Positions 32,258 to 43,069 of a stretch of DNA of 62,976 bases are shown piece after piece; position 1 is the stretch's first letter; every line of letters starts with the position of its first letter. The DNA lies in assembly GCA_958348565.1 (NCBI GenBank), contig CATVZP010000001.1, positions 1 to 62,976 on the forward strand, read 5' to 3'. The position numbers and the translations under genes are program-made. The DNA comes from an uncultured Collinsella sp. GTDB lineage: Bacteria; Actinomycetota; Coriobacteriia; Coriobacteriales; Coriobacteriaceae. The notes under the pieces are model-generated. The model was not told the origin of the DNA. It searched no databases and was given only the letters and a program-made list of their open reading frames with translations.

Positions 32258-32293
32258 AAAGGGGAGGGTGCCCAATAGAGCACCCTCCCCTTT
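32258..32293. terminator. Bidirectional intrinsic terminator
   Basis: AAAGGGGAGGGTGC-N8-GCACCCTCCCCTTT between convergent genes. Confidence 0.75.
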
Positions 32294-32339
32294 GCGTGTG
32301 GAATATGTTGGAGCGGCCTAACCTGATCGCGCAAAAAGC

Positions 32340-34205
32340 CTACTGCCAGCCAGCAACTTCCTGGGCCGTGGGGGTGGTGCGTACGGCAAGCTCCGTCTGG
32401 GCATCCGTGGACGTGGTTACCGTAAACGTCAAGGTCTCCTCTTCCTGCGGGGCGAGCTGGACCTGTCCGCCGTATTGCCAGACCTGGCAATTACCGTACT
32501 TGGTCTCGGCATACGTAGTGCCGGCGCTGGACTGGATGTTTGAAATGGTTCCGTTGGCCGGCGCGTACAGCGTTACACCGTAGATCATGTTGCCGAGCGC
32601 CTTGAGCTCCGGGTTGTAGCCGGAGATGTAATGCGTAAGCGTCTGGGCCTCTTCGGTCGTGCAGTTGTTCTTTACGCGAACGGTAACGTCGTACGTCTTC
32701 GACCCGTCTGCATTTGCAGTGCCCTGGCCAACCTCGATATGGGAGCTTAGATACCAGCTCATCTTTGCCCAGGTGTTGTCATCAATATAGACGCCGAGCT
32801 CGGGAACGGTGCTATCTTGCGAGACAGCACCCTCGAGACCGAGTTTAGCGATCGCATTCTCTTCGTCTGCGTTTTCCATCCATACCATCACGCGGCCGGC
32901 TTTGGCGTCCTTGGCCACGGTTTCTATGAGGGCGGTAAGATCGACCTTGCCCAGATTGCTCATTACCTGCTTAGCAGCTGCGCCAGCAGCTTCTGCAAAG
33001 TATGGGTCTTGATCCGGAACGGCTTTTTCGAGGTACACGTTTTGGAGGAGAATTGTTGCGGCATTGGTGCCATCGATGGTGGAGCCATCGCTGAGCGTAA
33101 CCCCGCCGGTGAGTGCAAGCAGGTGCTGCAGGAACACGGGATCGACCGCTATCGCTCCGTTGGCCACATCTCCCACGCGGTCCGCCCAGAGGTCGCGTAC
33201 GTGCATTCCGGTAGAAGACCAATCGGGGTTCGTGGTGATGAGCTGGGGAATCTTGGTGTAGCCGTTGGGATACATCGTCTGTTCGACCTCGGTGGTGGGA
33301 AGCGTTCCCTCGCCACCGTTGAGCTTTGAAATGCCGGAGAATTCACCGAGTTCGATCTTGCCGTTCGTGACGGTGAGTAGACCGGTGGAGCCGGGGAAGC
33401 CGCCCGTGGCGCGTAGCTCGGAGTTGTTCTGGGCAACTACGACATACGTACGTGTTTGGCCATTTGCGCCGAGCATCTGCGGCAAGTACGGAGCGACTGC
33501 CGATGCGGCGTTTACGGTGTCGTTGAGGGTGGCTACGAGGGGCTTGGCTTTTTCAAGAGCTGTCTGTAGCTGGGCGATGTGCGCGTCGGGGAGAGCGCTC
33601 ATCTCTTTCGCGGCCTTGTTTATAGATGGCTTGGAATTTGAGAGAACGGTGCACACGTTGGTTAGCAGGTTGATGTTGATGGATCCGTTTTCGGTAAAGA
33701 GGGTGTTGAGGCCCTGACCCTTGAGCGCCTCAGCAACGGGCGTGAGCGCGTCGTTTGCAAGCGTATCGAGCGTTGCCGAGATGGTCTGAACGGACTTCAC
33801 ATCGCTCCCGAGAACCGGAATAAAACTCGCGATATTCCAGAGTGCACTCGAGGTGGTCGAGTGCATGCGCCCGGCCGCGGCATCGATGTTCTGAGCAGCA
33901 TCGAGCACGCCGTCCATGTTTCCGGTTTTTACGCTTTCTGAGGCATTTTGCGCGCTGGCAATAATGGAGTCTGCATCCGTTTTAACGTCCTTGACTTACC
34001 TGAGGAGGACAGCTCCGGAGGCGCCGCAAGCGACGAGCAGAGCAACGACGATGCCTACGACGATGGGCCAGCGCTTCTTCCTGCGAATCCTTTTGCGCTC
34101 GAGTGGTTCTTCATCGTAGAGAAGATCAAGATACGGAAAGTGAGCGTATTGGGCGGTATCGCTGGAATTGTGGTATTCGTTGCTGTTGGAGAAATGAGAC
34201 CCCAT
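32340..34205 (-). pseudogene. DUF4012 membrane-anchored protein, interrupted by in-frame TAA at 33996-33998
   Basis: ATG 34205 with RBS GGAGGG, basic patch plus TM, then LLR*VKDVKTDADSII.. continues in frame into ORF 32340-33917 with AQNNSELRATGGFPG, NPDW, AVDPVFL, AKMSWYL. Confidence 0.82.
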
Positions 34206-34348
34206 GTGCCCTCCTATAGTTTTGTTCCAGTCCAATAGTATACGTGCGGGAGGGCTTCATGCAGCGTCTTCAATAGATGATGCATGAAATATTATGAATA
34301 TCGTATCAGTAGCGCATCGAATGTTCGCCATGCTGAATATCGAGACGT

Positions 34349-36340
34349 TTATCCCAAGATGCGGTGCTTGATGCTAGAGAGAATGCCCCTAGTGTAGATT
34401 CGCTTGGCTTGGGCGTCCTCATCGCGCTTGATATCGAGACGCGGGTAGCCGCTCGTGTACTCTACGTTGGGGTTGGCGAGCACGTCTTGGCGCATGGTGG
34501 GGAAGCGGCGCCAGAGCTCGGCAAGGCCCGTGGCGCTTCCATAGATGGCGTTGAGGTTTGCGGCCGCTACGTAGGCGCTGCCGTGGGTGGTGGCGCGCGC
34601 ATGAGGGGTGCCGAGGACGAGCTTGTCTTGCTGACGCAGGAGGAACGAGAGCTCCATTACCTCGGTTTGGAGGTTCCCGTATTCGTGGAGCTGACCGGCA
34701 ATCGTTTCAAGATCGCCGCGCCGGATCATGAAGAGGTCGGGGCTTGCGGCCGAGAAGTTGCACGTTGCCTCTGCAAGGCCGTTGTAACCGCCGCCCATGT
34801 TGTCCGTGAAGTTGCGGTTGGGGGCAACGGGGGTTCCGTCCGCGAGGAGCACGGTGCCCGCTTGTGCGATGAGACCATCGGGGTAGAAAAGCTTGGGCGA
34901 GACAATGCCTACCTCGGCTCGGCAGAAGTAGGCCGCAGTGGTTGCGATGCAGCTCTCGTCGTCGAGTTCGATCATGTCGGTTGCGAAGGCGATGAGGTCT
35001 GTATCCAGGGTTTCGAGTGCCTCTCGCGTCGCCGCCCTGAGGCTCGCGGGGTTCAGGATGATGCTTGTATTCGAGATGCCGTGCGCATTACCAACAGATT
35101 TGAACAAGCGCGTCGTGTCTTGCGTGTTGTTGCTCAGAATGGCTAAACCCACGCGTGGAGGGCGCGATGCCTTCTTGTAATCCACGTGGTACACGCAGGA
35201 ATTATGGGTTTCTGAAACGTGAGTTTCAATGCCTCGGCGTGAGAAATGGTTCTCCAGCGCCGTGGCTCCGGCAAGAACGGCGTAGGGCTTGGACTCCATG
35301 ACGCCGCCGTTGGTGGAGCCGGCGTGCACGCGCCAGTGGTAGAGGACCTCGGGAATGTGGCAGATGCAGCGGGCGTGCTCCACGGCCTTGAGGGAGAGGT
35401 CGTAGTCCTGAGCTCCGGAGACTTCGTCGGGCGACAGCTCCACGCGGTCGAGGATGTAGCGGTTCACCATGAGCATGTGCACCATGTAGTTGTGCGAGTA
35501 GAGTAGGTCACGGTTGAAGTCGGGCTTGAAGCGCGGGGCGTAGCCGGCGGCGTCGTCTTCCTCGAAGTTGTCCTCGTCGCAATAGAAGAGGTCCGCATCG
35601 GGGTGCTCGGCGGCGAAGGCCATGTAGCGCTCGAGCACGTAGGGGGAGAGCGTGTCGTCATGGTCGGCAAAGGCCACATAGTCGCCCGTGGCGGCGCGAA
35701 TGCCTATGTTGGTATTGCCGGCGATGCCTAAGTTCTCGGGGAAGTCAATGGTCTTGATGCGCGGGTCCGCGTAGGTGGCCAGTACTTCCTGCATGCCCTC
35801 GTTGTCCGGGCTCGCATTTACCAGCACGAGCTCCCAGATCGTATAGGTCTGCGCGAGCACCGAGTCGATCATGTCGCGCAGGTAGGGCAGCGGCGTGTTG
35901 TAGAGCGGGCAGATGATGCTCACGAGCGGGTGGAAGTCTGCGGGAATGGAGCCTTCCGGCAGGGGCTGGGGCTTGGGATAGCTCGCGTACGCGCCGTCGA
36001 TGCTGGGATTCACCATGTCGAGGTCGCGGCGGATACGCATGCGCTCGCGGCGCCTGCCCGTCATGGTATCGAGCGACATGTCCTGGTAGGTGAGGTTGAA
36101 GTTGGCGGTGAAGCCATCGGCCTTGACGGAGAGGACGGGGTTGGCTCCTTTGGCCTGGGGCTCCAGGATGAAGAATTCCGCGTGCGCGTTAAGGGGCGTA
36201 CCGCTCTTGGCGGTAAGGGCAAAGTCCGCGGGGTTGGGCAGCGCGTTTCCGCAGCCCTTCAGCTCTGCCCGGTAGACAACCCGGTCTCCATCGGCCTCGA
36301 ATACTTGGTCGATGGTTGCGGTGATGGACGAAGCGGCCAT
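34349..36340 (-). CDS. GT2 glycosyltransferase (GT2 plus degenerate second GT2 domain)
   Basis: SIICPLYNT, AFADHDD, FKPDFN, GAQDYDL, IPEVLYHWR. Start uncertain (ATG 36340 or upstream to 36433). Confidence 0.82.
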   Translation of the reverse strand: MAASSITATIDQVFEADGDRVVYRAELKGCGNALPNPADFALTAKSGTPLNAHAEFFILEPQAKGANPVLSVKADGFTANFNLTYQDMSLDTMTGRRRERMRIRRDLDMVNPSIDGAYASYPKPQPLPEGSIPADFHPLVSIICPLYNTPLPYLRDMIDSVLAQTYTIWELVLVNASPDNEGMQEVLATYADPRIKTIDFPENLGIAGNTNIGIRAATGDYVAFADHDDTLSPYVLERYMAFAAEHPDADLFYCDEDNFEEDDAAGYAPRFKPDFNRDLLYSHNYMVHMLMVNRYILDRVELSPDEVSGAQDYDLSLKAVEHARCICHIPEVLYHWRVHAGSTNGGVMESKPYAVLAGATALENHFSRRGIETHVSETHNSCVYHVDYKKASRPPRVGLAILSNNTQDTTRLFKSVGNAHGISNTSIILNPASLRAATREALETLDTDLIAFATDMIELDDESCIATTAAYFCRAEVGIVSPKLFYPDGLIAQAGTVLLADGTPVAPNRNFTDNMGGGYNGLAEATCNFSAASPDLFMIRRGDLETIAGQLHEYGNLQTEVMELSFLLRQQDKLVLGTPHARATTHGSAYVAAANLNAIYGSATGLAELWRRFPTMRQDVLANPNVEYTSGYPRLDIKRDEDAQAKRIYTRGILSSIKHRILG

Positions 36341-36534
36341 GTGGATATCCGATCTGCAAATGTGCCAGAAGAGCCGGGGCTTCGGTGTTAGTCCGCGGCG
36401 AGAGGTTTTGTGATTCGGGTCAAATGATAGCAAAAGGGAGAGTGTGCGGGGCTTCCTTGGTATCCTTGTTCAGATAAGAATGCAGCCTGGCGCTTAATGC
36501 GCTTTGCCGTCGTGTCCCTGAAAGGTCGTCTTGC

Positions 36535-37671
36535 ATGAAATCCGACGCTTCCGCGCTCGTTTCCGTCATCATTCCCGTGTGCAACGTGGAAAAGTATCTC
36601 GCCCAGTGCCTGGAGAGCATCTGCTCCCAAACGCACCGTGAGCTGGAGATCATCTGTTTGAACGATGGCTCGAAGGACGGCTCCCTAGCTATTCTTCGCG
36701 AGTTTGAGACGCGCGACCCGCGCGTGATCGTTGTTGACAAACCCAACGAGGGCTACGGCGCCACGTGCAACCGTGGCTTAGAGATGGCTCACGGCGCGTG
36801 GGTTTCCGTCATTGAGCCGGACGACTGGATCGACTCGGCCATGTACGAGCGCATGCTCGCGCGCGCGGCCATGGTGGATGGTCCCGTGGACATCGTCAAG
36901 TGCCCGTGGATCGACGTGCACGATTGGGACGACCCGGACATGCAGTACGAGCAGCAGTGCGTTCTGGCGCACCGCCTGCCCAACACCACGCGCCCCGTGA
37001 CTCTGGTCGACCTGCCCATCATGGTGGAGCAACACCCGAGCATTTGGAGCGCCATCTACCGCCGCGACTTCTTGAACGAGTGCGGCATCCGCTTTGTCCC
37101 GTACCCGGGCGCTGGCTGGGCGGACAACCCGTTCCTCATCGAGGCGTTCTGCCAGGCCAAGGCCATCATGACGTTCGATGAGGCCTTCTACCACTACCGC
37201 TGTGACCTTCCCGGCGCTACGTACAACCACAAGAAGGACAGTGCCGTGGCCCTGCCCTTCGACCGCTGGTGTAACATGACGGACATCCTCGAGCGCCTGC
37301 ACGTGACCGACCTCGGTATCCTCGAGGCGCACTATATGCGCGGCTTTAACTACATCCACGGCGCAATCGTGGACGATGGCTGGGAGAACCCCATCGTGCA
37401 GGACGGCACGCGCCGTGTGTTCTCGCGCATGGATACCGACATCGTGCTCGGGCATCCCAAGCTTTCACCTAAGCGCAAGCGCTTCTACCTGGAGCAGATG
37501 GGCATTACCGGCCGCCACGTGCCGGTGTGGCCGCGCGTGAAATACTTCGCAAGCGAGACGGCATTCTTCGTGCGAACCAACGGCGTTGGCGGCCTGGTGC
37601 GTAAAGTGGGCGGCTTTGTGAACGGCAAGCAGATTGCCCGCGCCCGTGCGAAGGAGAACGCAAAGGGGTAG
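36535..37671 (+). CDS. GT2 glycosyltransferase
   Basis: SVIIPVCNVEKYL, NDGSKD, NEGYG, EPDDW. Confidence 0.88.
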   Translation: MKSDASALVSVIIPVCNVEKYLAQCLESICSQTHRELEIICLNDGSKDGSLAILREFETRDPRVIVVDKPNEGYGATCNRGLEMAHGAWVSVIEPDDWIDSAMYERMLARAAMVDGPVDIVKCPWIDVHDWDDPDMQYEQQCVLAHRLPNTTRPVTLVDLPIMVEQHPSIWSAIYRRDFLNECGIRFVPYPGAGWADNPFLIEAFCQAKAIMTFDEAFYHYRCDLPGATYNHKKDSAVALPFDRWCNMTDILERLHVTDLGILEAHYMRGFNYIHGAIVDDGWENPIVQDGTRRVFSRMDTDIVLGHPKLSPKRKRFYLEQMGITGRHVPVWPRVKYFASETAFFVRTNGVGGLVRKVGGFVNGKQIARARAKENAKG

Positions 37672-37941
37672 GGGGTCCTGCTTTTGTTTTCATGAGCGAA
37701 GCCGACGAAGACGGTGAAGACGAAGGATATCCGGAGGCGCTGCGGCCCGGTGCGAGATTCTTCGACTGCGGTTTAACTGTTCGCAGGGACATGATGGAAA
37801 TGGCCTGCAGGGCCCCCGACTCTCCTGATTGTGTGCAGCTCGCCGGGGCGAGAAATCGCGCAAGCGCCCCTGTGTTAACATATGTACTTCGGCAAGGGCG
37901 GCATCTGCCGCTAACGTGCAATCAATAGGGAGGCGTCGTCG

Positions 37942-38754
37942 GTGTCCTCACAGACTCTTGCAACCGAAAAGGCCCCGCGTCCGTATAAGAAGGATCTGCT
38001 TATCCTCGAGCAGCTCGTCACCAAGGACTTCAAGCTCAAGTACCGTCGTAGTTTCCTCGGTGTGTTGTGGAGCGTTCTCAACCCATTGCTCATGATGGTC
38101 GTCATGTCCATCGTGTTCTCTTACATGTTTGGCAGCAACGTCCCCAACTTCCCACTCTACCTCATCGTGGGCAACGTCACGTTCTCGCTCATGAGCGACT
38201 CCACCAACGCAGCGCTTACGAGTATCATCAACGCCGCGCCGCTGCTGAAGAAGGTCAAGGTCAACCGGTATATCTTCCCGGTGCAGAAGGTCTTGTTCGC
38301 GCTCGTGAACTTTGCTTTCTCGCTCATCGCCGTGGCCATCGTCATGCTGTTCTTCCAGGTTATGCCCACGTGGCACTTCATCTGGCTGCCCCTGTGCCTG
38401 TTCTTGCTGATGCTCTTCTGCATCGGCGTGGGCATGGCCATCGGCGCGCTCTCCGTCTTCTTCCGCGACATCATCCACCTGTGGAGTGTCGTCATCATCG
38501 CGTGGACCTACCTCACGCCCATCTTCTGGGACCTCTCCCTGCTTATCGACAAGGGCGCCCCGCACTGGATCATCATGCTGGTGAAGATAAACCCCATGTA
38601 CAACTACCTCGAGTTCATGCGTGATATTTTCCTGTGGCAGCAGAACCCCACGCCCACGGTGTTCCTTATGTGCATCGCGTGGGCCATCATCGCGCTCATC
38701 ATCGGTATCTTCGTGTTCAAGAAGACCGAGCACAAGTTCATCCTCTACGTCTAA
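37942..38754 (+). CDS. wzm: Polysaccharide ABC transporter permease
   Basis: KDFKLKYRRSFLGVLWSVLNPLL, YLTPIFW, INPMY. Confidence 0.92.
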   Translation: MSSQTLATEKAPRPYKKDLLILEQLVTKDFKLKYRRSFLGVLWSVLNPLLMMVVMSIVFSYMFGSNVPNFPLYLIVGNVTFSLMSDSTNAALTSIINAAPLLKKVKVNRYIFPVQKVLFALVNFAFSLIAVAIVMLFFQVMPTWHFIWLPLCLFLLMLFCIGVGMAIGALSVFFRDIIHLWSVVIIAWTYLTPIFWDLSLLIDKGAPHWIIMLVKINPMYNYLEFMRDIFLWQQNPTPTVFLMCIAWAIIALIIGIFVFKKTEHKFILYV

Positions 38755-38763
38755 GGCGGCACC

Positions 38764-39519
38764 ATGGCAGACGCTAACAACACCGAGTACGCCATCGAGG
38801 TCGACGACGTCACGATGGTCTTCAACATGGCCAGCGAGCAGCTCAACTCCCTCAAGGAGTACTTCATCAAGCTCGTGCGCCACGAGTTGTTCTTCAAGGA
38901 GTTCCATGCTCTGGAGCACGTGAGCTTTAAGGTTAAAAAGGGCGAGGTCATTGGCCTGGTGGGAACCAACGGTTCCGGTAAGTCCACCATGCTCAAGATC
39001 ATCGCCGGCGTGCTCGAGCCCACGAAGGGCACCGTGACGGTTCGTGGCAACATCGCGCCCCTCATCGAGCTGGGCGCTGGTTTCGATCTTGAGCTCACGG
39101 CGCGTGAGAACATTTTCCTCAACGGTGCGCTTTTGGGTTACTCCAAGCAGTTCATGAATGAGCACCTGGACGAGATCGTGGACTTCGCCGAGCTGCGCGA
39201 CTTCCTCGACATGCCCATGAAGAATTACTCATCCGGTATGGTCGCGCGCATCGCGTTCGCCATCGCCACCGTGGTGGAGCCCGACATCCTCATCGTCGAT
39301 GAGACGCTCTCTGTGGGCGACGTGTTTTTCCAGCAGAAGTGCGAGCGCCGCATCCAGAGCTTCATAGATTCCGGCAACGTGACCGTGCTGTTCGTGAGCC
39401 ATTCCATCGAGCAGGTGGAGCGCATCTGCACCTCCGCGGTGTGGATCGAGAAGGGTCACGAGCGCATGATCGGCCCGGTGGACGAGGTCTGCGCGGCTTA
39501 CAAGGCGCAGTTCGACTAA
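38764..39519 (+). CDS. wzt: Polysaccharide ABC transporter ATPase (no C-terminal carbohydrate-binding module)
   Basis: GTNGSGKST, YSSGMVARIAFA, ILIVDETLSVGD, VSHS. Confidence 0.93.
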   Translation: MADANNTEYAIEVDDVTMVFNMASEQLNSLKEYFIKLVRHELFFKEFHALEHVSFKVKKGEVIGLVGTNGSGKSTMLKIIAGVLEPTKGTVTVRGNIAPLIELGAGFDLELTARENIFLNGALLGYSKQFMNEHLDEIVDFAELRDFLDMPMKNYSSGMVARIAFAIATVVEPDILIVDETLSVGDVFFQQKCERRIQSFIDSGNVTVLFVSHSIEQVERICTSAVWIEKGHERMIGPVDEVCAAYKAQFD

Positions 39520-39520
39520 C

Positions 39521-40630
39521 ATGTCCGACGCGTGCGACGAGGCGGCCGCGAGTGAGCGCCGCCCCTTCTTTTCCATCATCATGCCCTGCTATGGCGTGGC
39601 GGCCTATCTGCCCGATGCCGTAGCGTGTGTCCATGCCCAAACGTGTGCGGACTGGGAGCTCATCTGCGTTGACGACGCCTCTCCCGATAACGTCGCGGAG
39701 CTCGTCGAGCATGCCGCTGCCGAGGATCCGCGCATTCGCCTTGTGCGCCACGAGGAGAACCAAGGCCTGTCCGGCGCGCGCAATACCGGCATCGCGGCGG
39801 CGCGCGGCTCTTACGTCTGGATGCCCGACCCGGATGATGCGTACGCTCCCGACCTACTCGAGCGCTGTGCCGAGAAGATCTATTTCCAGGCCGATGCGGG
39901 GGTCAGGACCGACGTCGTGGTGTTCGGGCTTACCGAGGAACTCTTCGATGCGGACGGTTCCGTATGCGGTGCGCACGACATCGTGCCGGCGCTCGACGGG
40001 GCTTTTTCGGGCTCCGATGCGCACGCGCAGGTTCTCGACCTCGAGGACCGTACGCTTCTGGGCTATGCGTGGAACAAGGTCTACCGTGCGGAGGTGCTGG
40101 ACGGTATCGCGTTCGAGACCGTCCCCCTCATCGAGGACGTCGTCTTCAACGTTGCGGTCTTTAATCGCGTTGAGAACCTCGTGCTCGTGGCGCGTCCTTT
40201 GTACCGCTACGAGAAGCGCGCGGCCGCCAACCTGACGGCCAAATTCGTGCCCGAGTACTACGAGGTGCATCGCCGTCGCATCGACGATGTGTACCGCCAG
40301 CAGGTGTCGTGGGGCCTCGATTCCGCCGATGTCCGCTCCCGCCTCGGGGCTCGTTATGCGCGCTACATCTTGTCCGCGCTCGAGCGCAACTGCGATGCGC
40401 GCGCGGGGCTGAACCATGCGGACCGCGTGGCCTTCTGCCGCAGCGTCATGGACGACGGACTCTTCCGCGTGCTCGTCCTGGATGCGCGCCCACAGGGCAG
40501 GGGAGCCCGCGTGTGCGTGGGCCTTCTCAAGACGCGCAGCGCCCTGGTGTGGTGCGCCGTCGGTCGCATCATCCACCTCGTGAGGTCGCGCGCCGGCCTC
40601 GCGTACCGTAAAGCCACGTTTTCCCGTTAG
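39521..40630 (+). CDS. GT2 glycosyltransferase
   Basis: SIIMPCYGV, DDASPD, NQGLSGARNTG, DPDD. Confidence 0.88.
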   Translation: MSDACDEAAASERRPFFSIIMPCYGVAAYLPDAVACVHAQTCADWELICVDDASPDNVAELVEHAAAEDPRIRLVRHEENQGLSGARNTGIAAARGSYVWMPDPDDAYAPDLLERCAEKIYFQADAGVRTDVVVFGLTEELFDADGSVCGAHDIVPALDGAFSGSDAHAQVLDLEDRTLLGYAWNKVYRAEVLDGIAFETVPLIEDVVFNVAVFNRVENLVLVARPLYRYEKRAAANLTAKFVPEYYEVHRRRIDDVYRQQVSWGLDSADVRSRLGARYARYILSALERNCDARAGLNHADRVAFCRSVMDDGLFRVLVLDARPQGRGARVCVGLLKTRSALVWCAVGRIIHLVRSRAGLAYRKATFSR

Positions 40631-40638
40631 GAGCTCCC

Positions 40639-41697
40639 GTGCCCAAGAACGCGTTCGACACATCTGCACCACAGCTCACCGTCGCTGTTCCCGCGTACAA
40701 CGTCGAGTCCTACCTCGCGCGCGGCCTCGAGTCCTACCTCGACCCGCGCTTCGTGGGCAATCTCGAGGTTATCGTTGTGGACGATGGCTCCACCGACGGC
40801 ACCCGCGCGCTCGCGGAGGACTTCGCGGCTCGCAGCAACGGCGTGATCCGCGTTATCTCCAAGGAGAACGGCGGGCACGGTTCGGCCGTGAACGCCGGCA
40901 TCGAGCACGCGCGCGGCCGTTACTTCCGTGTGATCGACGGCGACGACTGGGTGAACGCCGACGGCATGGCCGAGCTGCTCGATCGCCTGGCCGACCTCGA
41001 CTGCGATCTTGTGGTGGATAAGAAGCGCGAGGTCGATATGACCACAGGCGAGGAGCGTGCATTCCCGCTGGCGAAGGGTGTCGTTCCCGGCCGCGTGCTC
41101 GATTTCTCGACCGTACTCACCAACGGCGACACCGTCTTCCAGATCATGATCCATACGCTCACCGCGCGCACGGACTACCTGCGCGGTATCGGTATCAAGC
41201 TGCTCGAGCACACGTTCTACGAGGACTACGAGTACGTCGTCAAGGCGAGCGTGCCGGCCTCGACCATCTGCTATCTGGATGTCGAGGTGTACCAGTACCT
41301 CGTGGGCAACGCCAACCAGTCCGTGAACCACGACAACTACGTGCGTCGCTGGGACGACCATTCCCGCGTGGTGACCGAGCTTTTGGCCTATCTCGAGCGT
41401 TGCGAGCACGATGAGGTCCGCGCGGCCACCGGTGAGAAGCTCTCGAACGAAGCCGTCTACTACGTCCGTGAGAAAGTCCATCTCATCGTGGACACGCACT
41501 ATAACATCGCGCTTCTGTTCGACGAGGACCGCAGCCGCGGCCGTGCGCGCGCAAAGGAGTTCCGTCGCGAGCTTCGCCGCGCCGACATCGACCAGTGGAC
41601 GCGCGGAGAGCAACGCTACCGAATGGCCATGCTGCTTAACCGCCTGAGCCTCTCGTATAATTCCATCAAGCGCCTGGTTGCCAGGCGCCGTCACTAG
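40639..41697 (+). CDS. GT2 glycosyltransferase
   Basis: VAVPAYNV, DDGSTD, KENGGHGS, IDGDDW. Confidence 0.88.
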   Translation: MPKNAFDTSAPQLTVAVPAYNVESYLARGLESYLDPRFVGNLEVIVVDDGSTDGTRALAEDFAARSNGVIRVISKENGGHGSAVNAGIEHARGRYFRVIDGDDWVNADGMAELLDRLADLDCDLVVDKKREVDMTTGEERAFPLAKGVVPGRVLDFSTVLTNGDTVFQIMIHTLTARTDYLRGIGIKLLEHTFYEDYEYVVKASVPASTICYLDVEVYQYLVGNANQSVNHDNYVRRWDDHSRVVTELLAYLERCEHDEVRAATGEKLSNEAVYYVREKVHLIVDTHYNIALLFDEDRSRGRARAKEFRRELRRADIDQWTRGEQRYRMAMLLNRLSLSYNSIKRLVARRRH

Positions 41698-41718
41698 CAA
41701 GCCAACAGGGGATACTCC

Positions 41719-42954
41719 ATGAGTCGAAAACCGCGCATCGCCATATTCAGCGCCGACGCCAAGCTTGGCCACGAGGTCAAGGGCGCTACGCGCTACACGT
41801 TTCTCGCGAGCCTGCTCGTGGAGCGTGGTTTCGACGTTGATTTCATCACGAGCGGTTTCCAGCACTGGGAGAAGCGCCAACGCGATTTGGATTCGTTCGA
41901 TGCGAGCGCGCATCCGTTCAACGTCAAGTTCATTTCCGAGCCGAGCTACCCGGCCAACATGTGCCCGCAGCGCATCTGGGCGCATCATGTGATGGCCAAG
42001 CGCGTGAGCGCGTATTTCGACGCCAACCACGACTACGACCTCATCTACTGCCAGATTCCTCCCAACGATGTGACGCTTGCCGCGGGACGGGCGGCCAAGC
42101 GCTATGGTATCCCCTTCGTGGTGGACGTGAACGACCTGTGGCCCGAGGCCTTCCGCATCGCGCTCGATGTGCCCGTTGTGTCGGACCTGCTGTTCGCACC
42201 GTTTGAACGCCAGGCGCGCCGTGCCTACGCGTTGGCAGACGCCGTGGTGGGAACCTCCGACGAGTACGCGGCGCGACCCTTCCGCGATCGCGCGGAGGAC
42301 ATTCCCAAGCTCGTGGTGTACGTGGGCAACGATCTCGCAGAGTTCGACGCCGGAGCTGCGGAAAATGCCGCTTCGGTGGTGAAGCCCGCCGGTGAGGTCT
42401 GGGTTTCCTATGCCGGCAACATCTCGGCGCTCTACGACCTGGAAACGCTCGTCGAGGCGGTGGCCATCGCCGCCAAGGCTCATCCCGAGCTCAAGCTCAA
42501 GATCTTGGGCGATGGACCGGAGCGTGGATCCGTCGAGGCCGCCGTCATGCGCACCGGCGCTCCCGCCGAGCTTCTGGGTTATATGCCGTACCGCACCATG
42601 GCCGCCTGGCTCAAGGCGTCCGACATGGTGGTGAACTCGCTGGTGGCCAACGCGCCGCAGAGCGTGCCCACCAAGATTGGCGACTACCTTGCCTCGGGCC
42701 GTCCCATGGTCAACACGTCCATGAACGCGGAGTTCCGCGAGAAGGTGGAGCGTGAAGGTTTTGGCGTGAACGTGGTTCCCGGCGATGCCGAGGGACTCGC
42801 GAAGGTGATCTGCGAGCTGGTGGAGGACGAAGCGGGGCGTGCGCGCATGGGTCATGTGGCGCGCGAGCTCGCCGTGGCCCAGTTCGACCGTCCGCATTCC
42901 TACGAGGCGACCGTCGACCTTATTCGGAGTTTGATTGCCGAGCGCTCGAAGTAA
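41719..42954 (+). CDS. GT4 glycosyltransferase
   Basis: DVNDLWPE, YAGNI, GDGPER, PTKIGDYLASGRP. Confidence 0.88.
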   Translation: MSRKPRIAIFSADAKLGHEVKGATRYTFLASLLVERGFDVDFITSGFQHWEKRQRDLDSFDASAHPFNVKFISEPSYPANMCPQRIWAHHVMAKRVSAYFDANHDYDLIYCQIPPNDVTLAAGRAAKRYGIPFVVDVNDLWPEAFRIALDVPVVSDLLFAPFERQARRAYALADAVVGTSDEYAARPFRDRAEDIPKLVVYVGNDLAEFDAGAAENAASVVKPAGEVWVSYAGNISALYDLETLVEAVAIAAKAHPELKLKILGDGPERGSVEAAVMRTGAPAELLGYMPYRTMAAWLKASDMVVNSLVANAPQSVPTKIGDYLASGRPMVNTSMNAEFREKVEREGFGVNVVPGDAEGLAKVICELVEDEAGRARMGHVARELAVAQFDRPHSYEATVDLIRSLIAERSK

Positions 42955-43069
42955 ACCGCACGCGTCTGCTCGTGCGCGAGGCGGAGTGCATGCTGGAGGC
43001 CGGCAAATAGGCCTACTTCTTTGCCAAAGTTGCGTGAGAAGGAGTGCCAACGCACGGCGTAGGGGCGGT

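Noticed and set aside
37692..37928. 78-aa ORF upstream of wzm
   Set aside because: No RBS or recognisable motif; more likely the promoter/leader region.
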